IMG/VR virus record: IMGVR_UViG_3300048850_000068 | Location: 32,001-96,000 of that record | Length of the DNA stretch: 64,000 nt | DNA from: a virus | Strand: one strand, 5' to 3' | In this document: positions 58,194-64,000 of the stretch, in pieces | Layout of the letters: each line of letters opens with the position of its first letter | How positions within the stretch are numbered: position 1 is the stretch's first letter | Position numbers and translations under genes: made by a program | Notes under the pieces: generated by a model | Told to the model about the DNA's origin: nothing | Databases searched by the model: none | What the model saw: only the letters and a program-made list of their open reading frames with translations

Positions 58194-58548
58194 GATCTCT
58201 CCGGAATATGTATCTTTCCTTGGTTTGTAAGGGCTCCGGTCTATAGAGCTGTCTTGGTCTCTATAGAGAGTGTGATGGGTCTGAGAGCTATTCCGGTGAT
58301 CAGGTCTCTATAGAGAGTTCTGTCTCTTTCATGTCCTAGAGCCGGGTAGGATTCTGGTCTGTGTGTAACTCTATTCGAGGTTTAGATTTTGGTTTACAGA
58401 CCCCTCTTTTATTTTTGGGCCTGATTTCATAAACCATTGTAAACCGGAATGCCTTATTTCGATTTAGGTTGTTCCGGTTCGAGGTTTACGTTTTGGTTTA
58501 TGGTTTATATGCCTAGCCTGCCTCAGCCGGACGCCTGTAAACCATGGA

Positions 58549-58890
58549 CTAGCGCGTGGCTGCCTTAAGGCTGAAGGCGGGGAGCCAGTAACAGGTGGGG
58601 TTGCCGGTGAGCCGTGAGCACTCATAGGGCTGATCCTCGTAGCTGGTGAGGGTCATGACCGTGAGTTCATCGCCCTTCCGGAAGACGGTGCATTCGCCCA
58701 CCTTGAGCTTGTCGTAGCCGAAGGTCTCGACCGCCTTCAGATCCCGCTGCATGAGAAGCTGCCGATAGGTTGCGGCGTTCTGGACGTCCTTGCACGCGAG
58801 CAGCTCCGTGGGTAGCGGATACTTGACGCCTTGGGCTGCTGCGGGCGTTGCTAGGAGGGCTAGGCCCAGGAGTGCGGCTCTTATCGACAT
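58549..58890 (-). CDS. secreted hypothetical protein
   Basis: Signal peptide ending AAA-Q; four Cys. Confidence 0.7.
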   Translation of the reverse strand: MSIRAALLGLALLATPAAAQGVKYPLPTELLACKDVQNAATYRQLLMQRDLKAVETFGYDKLKVGECTVFRKGDELTVMTLTSYEDQPYECSRLTGNPTCYWLPAFSLKAATR

Positions 58891-59255
58891 GAGTAGATGG
58901 ATCCTGTTTGTGAGCAGTAGGTGGTGTTTCCCTTTCTGTCTTCGTAGATGGTCGTTGGCAAGCGGCGTTGAGAGGGAAGGGTTTCGCGATGGTTACGGCC
59001 ACGGGTGTTGTTCTCCATGATGAGAGCCTCGTCGCCGTCATCGCAAGTCACGGAAGTTGAATAGCTCCAGCGCTGCACGTAGCAGTCCTTTGCCTGGGCC
59101 GTGGTGAACCAGGTGATGAAGATCACGGCAGCCAGAAGGAGCACAGTGAGGATCGGGTAGCGGTAGTCTGCCTTGGAGCCCTCCTCGCTCCAATACCGGT
59201 CCCGACTAAGACAGGTTCCGCATCCACCGCAGCCCGGGCATGGATCGCTACTCAT
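58881..59255 (-). CDS. exported hypothetical protein
   Basis: Hydrophobic segment ending AQA; paired Cys. Confidence 0.55.
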   Translation of the reverse strand: MSSDPCPGCGGCGTCLSRDRYWSEEGSKADYRYPILTVLLLAAVIFITWFTTAQAKDCYVQRWSYSTSVTCDDGDEALIMENNTRGRNHRETLPSQRRLPTTIYEDRKGNTTYCSQTGSIYSCR

Positions 59256-59929
59256 TCCTTCCTCCCTGTGAGATCCTTCACCTGCATGATGGGCTCGTAA
59301 TTGCCTGGGGTCAGGTGAACCCCGATGTGCAGCCCGATCTTATCATCGATGATCTTGGCCCAGATCACGCCGTTGTCGAACACCTCATGGACCGTGAGGC
59401 CGAGGCCCGCGAGCTCCTGGAGCTCATTGTTGCGGATGTTCATGGCCGTGGTCTTCTTGTCCACGACCCGGACCATGTCGCCGGGCTCGGGCTTGTAGGG
59501 CTCTTCCGGTAGAATACGAATGGTGGCTTGACCTTCGGGCATGGGCACAAAGCCGCCCTTAAGGAGAGCCTCTCGCATTTCCTTGGTGATCACCATTTCC
59601 GGAGCGTGGTAGATCGGGGTAGGCTTGGCGCCGAGTTCGTCCCAGCGCTCCTGCACCCTCTTCGCCACATCGTCGAGCTTGGCGCTCACCACGGCGCCCT
59701 TCAGGTCGATGGTGCCGGCGTCATGGATCAGATCGGAGCCTGGCTCCTTCAGCAGCTCCGGATGGTTGGCCTTAAGGTGATCCTCGATCAGCTTGTCGGC
59801 GTATTCGAAGCCCTGTTCCGCCTTATAGGTGAGCTCCCAGGCTTCGTTGAGTTCCTGCTCGATCTCCTTGCGCAGCTCCTCGGGGAACTTCTCGCGGTTG
59901 GAATCGAACGTCATGGACAGAATGCTCAT
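59252..59929 (-). CDS. hypothetical protein
   Basis: 225-aa coupled ORF. Confidence 0.65.
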   Translation of the reverse strand: MSILSMTFDSNREKFPEELRKEIEQELNEAWELTYKAEQGFEYADKLIEDHLKANHPELLKEPGSDLIHDAGTIDLKGAVVSAKLDDVAKRVQERWDELGAKPTPIYHAPEMVITKEMREALLKGGFVPMPEGQATIRILPEEPYKPEPGDMVRVVDKKTTAMNIRNNELQELAGLGLTVHEVFDNGVIWAKIIDDKIGLHIGVHLTPGNYEPIMQVKDLTGRKE

Positions 59930-60126
59930 TCCACTACCTCCGCGGTCAGCAGGGCCGTGATAATCATCTCACGGATATGGGGTGTCATCGCCTTGAGGTC
60001 CGGCGCCTTAATCTTGACGCCGTTCCCGAGGGGCAGTTCCCGCTTGCCGTCGAACAGACCCTCGGCGAGCTTCACCACCTGGTCCCGCTTGACCGTGCCG
60101 GCCTTTACCAAATCACCAGTCAGCAC
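59926..60126 (-). CDS. hypothetical protein
   Basis: Coupled ORF. Confidence 0.55.
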   Translation of the reverse strand: MLTGDLVKAGTVKRDQVVKLAEGLFDGKRELPLGNGVKIKAPDLKAMTPHIREMIITALLTAEVVE

Positions 60127-60376
60127 GGTCGATCACTCCACGGTTCATGCAATCATCCGAGAGATTGACCTTGATTCCGGGCGCCACACGCTTCTGGCGC
60201 TCATCCGAGGCCATTGCGATCAAGGTTCGGAGCTCGTGCTCCGCCTTGGTCTGTCCGCCGAGCTCCACCTCGTAGCCGAGGCTTTGCAGCGCCGTCAGAA
60301 TAGCGATGGTCACATGGCTCTTGCCCGAGGCGGGTAGGCCCGTGACCTTCACATGAACCTGCTTCTTATCCGTCAA
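60113..60376 (-). CDS. hypothetical protein with P-loop-like motif
   Basis: TGLPASGKS. Confidence 0.55.
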   Translation of the reverse strand: MTDKKQVHVKVTGLPASGKSHVTIAILTALQSLGYEVELGGQTKAEHELRTLIAMASDERQKRVAPGIKVNLSDDCMNRGVIDRADW

Positions 60377-60573
60377 TTTCCTTCTCCTATCATGTCCAGC
60401 AGCCAGCCGATGGCTTGCATATGGTTGTCGTCCTCGGGATTAGCGGCTTCGGAGGCAAGCTCCAACAGGGTCCGCAAATGATCCATCTCGTCGGCGTCGC
60501 AGCGCTCGAGGATTCCCTCGAGGTGCGCGCGGTATTCCGGGGTGATCCCGTGCTCTTCATCGGTCTTCGGCAT
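60373..60573 (-). CDS. small acidic protein
   Basis: GAGG RBS; coupled ORF. Confidence 0.6.
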   Translation of the reverse strand: MPKTDEEHGITPEYRAHLEGILERCDADEMDHLRTLLELASEAANPEDDNHMQAIGWLLDMIGEGN

Positions 60574-60642
60574 GTTCGCCTCTCTGTGCGCTGCTGACGA
60601 GTATGTTGTCGCACACTCGCCAGCGGAATGCGGTCGGTAGCG

Positions 60643-61017
60643 TTAGGCAGCGAGCTTGAGCAGCTCGCGGCAGATGGGGACGAACTTGGCCCAGGCGAGA
60701 TCGAGATCCACGGGCTCACCCATCGCGACGCTCCAGATCGTGCCATCGAGCTTATCGGTCTCGGCGGGAATGGAGATGGTAATCCGGAGCTCGCTCTCGT
60801 CCATCTCGTTCCAGATCCACATATCACGCCCGTCGAGCTGGAAGAACGGCAGATCGCTGTCGTCCAGCAAGTGCATCATGGCGAGCATGGGATTGTCGGG
60901 GAGTTTCTTGGAGACGACATCGAGGACGCGGTCGAGGAAGAGCGCATCGGGCGCGTCAAAGCTGAGACGGTGACAGGCGAAGTGCTCGTCGTAGGAAATC
61001 TTGGCATTCTGGAACAT
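60643..61017 (-). CDS. acidic hypothetical protein
   Basis: MFQNAK start. Confidence 0.6.
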   Translation of the reverse strand: MFQNAKISYDEHFACHRLSFDAPDALFLDRVLDVVSKKLPDNPMLAMMHLLDDSDLPFFQLDGRDMWIWNEMDESELRITISIPAETDKLDGTIWSVAMGEPVDLDLAWAKFVPICRELLKLAA

Positions 61018-61090
61018 TGCGCGTTTCTCGCGTTGTGTTTGCTGACAGTGAGACTGTCGCACATGCGAGAGCGGAATGCGGCCGGCAGCG

Positions 61091-61291
61091 TCAGGCTCGT
61101 GCGCTGCGCAAGGTCCGGGTCGAGGAGATAACGGCTTGATTCACATAGGTCAGATGCTCGGATTTCCGCTTGAGCTTGAGGTTCTCCGCCTCGAGCTCAA
61201 GGACCCGGGCCTGAAGCAGATCGACCTTGGCCTGCAGCGCCGTGAGCCGCGCCAGGTCCGTGGGTTTGGTCTGAAATTTGCCCTGAGCCAT
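61091..61291 (-). CDS. small coiled-coil protein
   Basis: Leucine heptads. Confidence 0.55.
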   Translation of the reverse strand: MAQGKFQTKPTDLARLTALQAKVDLLQARVLELEAENLKLKRKSEHLTYVNQAVISSTRTLRSARA

Positions 61292-61427
61292 GAAGCTGTC
61301 CGTTCCTAATTTCGGGATCGATTTTAAAGCTCGCTGAGCGACGGGAAGCGATTTGCGCTGTCACGCATCACGAAAATGCTTCCCGTCGCTCTGTGCTATG
61401 TCTGACGTGATCCCTTACGCTGTTCTG

Positions 61428-61733
61428 TTAGCGCGTCTGATGCTTGCGCACATGCTCAAGCACAGACCAGAGCTGCGGGTTCACATCGACCTCTTCGCAG
61501 GCCTTTGGATCGAGGATCACCTGAAGGTTCGCCACATCCTCGCGAGCGAAGAAATGCCAGTGCTCCGGAGTGTCGAGCTGTCGGGCGTAGATGGACGTGC
61601 CATCCACCAGCACCTCGTCCGTATGCACGATGAAGCCATTCTCGAGGACGATGCTCAGGCTCTTGGTCAGATTGGTGTTGGTGGGGCAGAGGGTCTGAAT
61701 CGCCTCGAGGATCCGTGTCTGTCCGATCTTCAT
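61428..61733 (-). CDS. hypothetical protein
   Basis: AAGGAG RBS. Confidence 0.6.
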   Translation of the reverse strand: MKIGQTRILEAIQTLCPTNTNLTKSLSIVLENGFIVHTDEVLVDGTSIYARQLDTPEHWHFFAREDVANLQVILDPKACEEVDVNPQLWSVLEHVRKHQTR

Positions 61734-61742
61734 GTGTGCTCC

Positions 61743-63284
61743 TTACCAGCGGCTCTTCTTGCCGTTCTTGTGAACGTTGAGGATGACGGTGTTGACGTAG
61801 GTTCCGACCGATGCGAACGAACCAGCCGGCAGGTCGGTCCAATCCGCGCCCTTGCTCTCCATGAGCGCCCGGAAGGCAACGGCCTTCTTGGTCTCACGGA
61901 ATTCGGTGCCGGCCGACAGGATCGCCACGAGCTGCCCGTCCTCCTCGAGGAAGTCTAGGGCGTGCATGATATGGTCGATGTCCCGTTCCCGGTCGAAAGG
62001 CGGATTCATCACCACCCGATTGTAGAGGCCCGTCACCTGTGGGCTGAGTGTCAGGAAGTCCTGCACATAGACCTTGCGGTAGATGCCTTCAACCTCGAGG
62101 CCTGCGGCCAGGTGCGGCTGGATCTCCACGCAATCGACGACCGTCGCATAGGTATACTCGGCGAGCTGTCGGCGCATCCAATCGTTTCCGGCAGTCTCTT
62201 CGCCGCGCACCAGGCGCCGCGCCAGGTTGCCGGTGCCGGCCGAGGGCTCGAGGATTCGGATCGGGCCCTTGTCCCGCTTCTGCATGACCGATACCTTGCC
62301 GATCACACGTTCCGCGGCGTCCTCCGGTGTCGGGAAGAAGCCGAAGTAGCGGGCCGGCGTGGTCTTGCGGTTGCCCTCGCTGAGCGGATCCTCCTCGGCC
62401 TGCTGACCGTCGCCGATCACCTCGCCGTAGTATTCGCCGAGCAGCTTGTTGACCTTCTGCACCAGATCGTCGCGCCTGAACCAGATATGCGCGTTGCCGT
62501 TCTTGAAGCCGCGGATCAGGAAGTATTCGGTCTCGAGCTCCGTCTGTCGCTTGCCGCCGAAGCCTGAGCGCTGGTGTCGGAGCTGCCGCACGGCCGACGT
62601 GAAGCCACTCTCCGGCTTGCCGTCGAGCACCGCGAACACTCGCTCCACGTCCACGATCATATCCTCGATCCGACCCCAGTTCAGATGCCCATAATCGTCG
62701 AAGGCATAGGTGAGGATGATCCGAGAGCCGATCTTGAAGCCGTCGTGCGACTTGAAGCGCCGATCGAGGGCCGAGAACACATTGGCGATGCCGCGGCGGA
62801 AGATGAGGCCTTGCTGAGAGCGGAAGTGCTCGAGGGTCGCGATGATGTTGTCGACCGTGACCTCGGGCATGCCCTGAGCCTGCTCTTCCTCGGTGATCAA
62901 CTGACCGCGCTTGTTCGGCTTCATCGGAACATAGGCCATCTGCTTCCGGAGCTGATCCTTGGCCTCCTTGTCCATCAGCCGCTCGAGGTCGGTGCGCTCG
63001 ATCAACCAGGACCAGACATTGATATCGATCAGGCGCTTGGCGACGGTGAGATACTGATCCCGCGGCGGTGGAGCGACGGCGTTGAAGAACGCCTTCACCT
63101 CGTCGGCGTGCTGGTGATTGAAGGAGTTGGTGCCGGGCGAGGCCGACCAGGCAACCTCATTTGCGGCCCTGACCGCCTCCTGAGCCTGCAGAATGGCGCT
63201 GTGAGCCACTCCATACAGCTCAATGGCCTTGTTGCGTCGTTCGACGATCTCCTCGACCGTCTCTCGGCGTGCAATCGCGTTCAT
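61743..63284 (-). CDS. N6-adenine DNA methyltransferase with long N-terminal domain (DUF4942-like)
   Basis: FFPTP, LEPSAGTG, MNPPF; FKNGNAHIWF. Confidence 0.85.
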   Translation of the reverse strand: MNAIARRETVEEIVERRNKAIELYGVAHSAILQAQEAVRAANEVAWSASPGTNSFNHQHADEVKAFFNAVAPPPRDQYLTVAKRLIDINVWSWLIERTDLERLMDKEAKDQLRKQMAYVPMKPNKRGQLITEEEQAQGMPEVTVDNIIATLEHFRSQQGLIFRRGIANVFSALDRRFKSHDGFKIGSRIILTYAFDDYGHLNWGRIEDMIVDVERVFAVLDGKPESGFTSAVRQLRHQRSGFGGKRQTELETEYFLIRGFKNGNAHIWFRRDDLVQKVNKLLGEYYGEVIGDGQQAEEDPLSEGNRKTTPARYFGFFPTPEDAAERVIGKVSVMQKRDKGPIRILEPSAGTGNLARRLVRGEETAGNDWMRRQLAEYTYATVVDCVEIQPHLAAGLEVEGIYRKVYVQDFLTLSPQVTGLYNRVVMNPPFDRERDIDHIMHALDFLEEDGQLVAILSAGTEFRETKKAVAFRALMESKGADWTDLPAGSFASVGTYVNTVILNVHKNGKKSRW

Positions 63285-63472
63285 TCCTGCCCTTCTCCCT
63301 TCTTGCGCCGAGCGATCTGACGCTCGATGTTTGCCAGCAACCCGGACGGGTGGTTCATCCGCGTCCAGTGCTGCACCACGTTGCTGTCCTGATCGAATGC
63401 CTCGACGATCCAGCGCTCGCCGGGATCGGGGTTGGCCCGTATAGCTGCGCGGACTGCCTTTTCGTGAAGCAT
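63281..63472 (-). CDS. hypothetical protein
   Basis: Coupled ORF. Confidence 0.55.
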   Translation of the reverse strand: MLHEKAVRAAIRANPDPGERWIVEAFDQDSNVVQHWTRMNHPSGLLANIERQIARRKKGEGQE

Positions 63473-63798
63473 TAGGCCCTCCCCGCCCGCTTGGCGTTCT
63501 TGCGAGCCCGCTTGTCCGCGGCCGCATTGATGATCGGCGCCTCGCGCTCCAGGCGCAGCCGCTCCTGCTCAGCCCACCAGGCCTCGCGCTTCAGCTTTCG
63601 CAGGTGGAACTCGTAGGCGTTGATGTGCGAGCGGTATTCCGGGAGGTATTTGCGGCGCTGCTGCTCGTCGTGGGCGCGCTTCTCCTCCTCAGTCATGCGT
63701 GTTCCGCGCGAAGCGCCGTAGAAGTATTGGCTGCCAACCGCCGCCGCGAGCATCGACGCGGCGATCGGCAGGCTCATGTGTCGGTGACCCGCGACCAT
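63472..63798 (-). CDS. hypothetical protein
   Basis: Coupled ORF with basic C-terminus. Confidence 0.55.
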   Translation of the reverse strand: MVAGHRHMSLPIAASMLAAAVGSQYFYGASRGTRMTEEEKRAHDEQQRRKYLPEYRSHINAYEFHLRKLKREAWWAEQERLRLEREAPIINAAADKRARKNAKRAGRA

Positions 63799-63983
63799 CA
63801 GGCGAGCTCCTTACCCAGGCGCTCGCGCCAGATATTCATCAGCGTCCACACCTGGTCCGTGTCCGTGTGTTCCGCGGCTTGGCACTCGGCGTCGAATTGG
63901 TTGATCTGCTCGTGGATATCGATGGCGACGTTTACGAGCTCCGGCTTCGGGCCGCAGTTGATGTGCTCGCACAGATCATCCAC
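63798..63983 (-). CDS. hypothetical protein (start may lie beyond the window)
   Basis: Coupled ORF at the window edge. Confidence 0.45.
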   Translation of the reverse strand: MDDLCEHINCGPKPELVNVAIDIHEQINQFDAECQAAEHTDTDQVWTLMNIWRERLGKELA

Positions 63984-64000
63984 CTCGCCATCGTCGAGGA

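Larger units (their letters stand above)
1..64000. mobile_element. Segment of a temperate siphovirus-like phage-plasmid
   Basis: Complete head/tail/lysis module plus own ligase, primase and helicase, a ParA+RHH partition pair and a repressor; no integrase or host housekeeping genes in the window. Confidence 0.85.

Overview
This GC-rich window (roughly 60-65% by eye) is part of a large temperate siphovirus-type phage-plasmid, probably from an alphaproteobacterial host (inference). In order it carries: a CI/Xre-like repressor and a putative Rep; a replication module (ATP-dependent ligase, WGR protein, primase, DnaB helicase, Hfq-like protein); PhoH; lysis genes; a lambda-like tail and head operon with terminase; a terminase-linked cluster (two ParB-N proteins, ABC ATPase, GNAT, kinase-like protein, HAD phosphatase); an SF2 helicase; a dNMP kinase; a ParA/RHH partition pair; and small early-type genes with an adenine methyltransferase. 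No integrase, tRNA or CRISPR array was seen. The standout feature is a sharply bounded ~1.6 kb island (54465-56081) that, by manual reading, has no CC and only one GG dinucleotide. It is a self-contained transcription unit: a consensus promoter, SD-less leaders, three ORFs with no Gly, Pro or Trp, and a terminator. Its main gene is a paralog of the ordinary convergent gene at 56417-57346, and an exact 16-bp-period CCAYRTGG array lies between the two. Also notable are about 28 dispersed TAAGTCA-N4-TGACTTA palindromes and four copies of an ~80-bp inverted-repeat element. All calls come from reading motifs by eye; no database searches were run.
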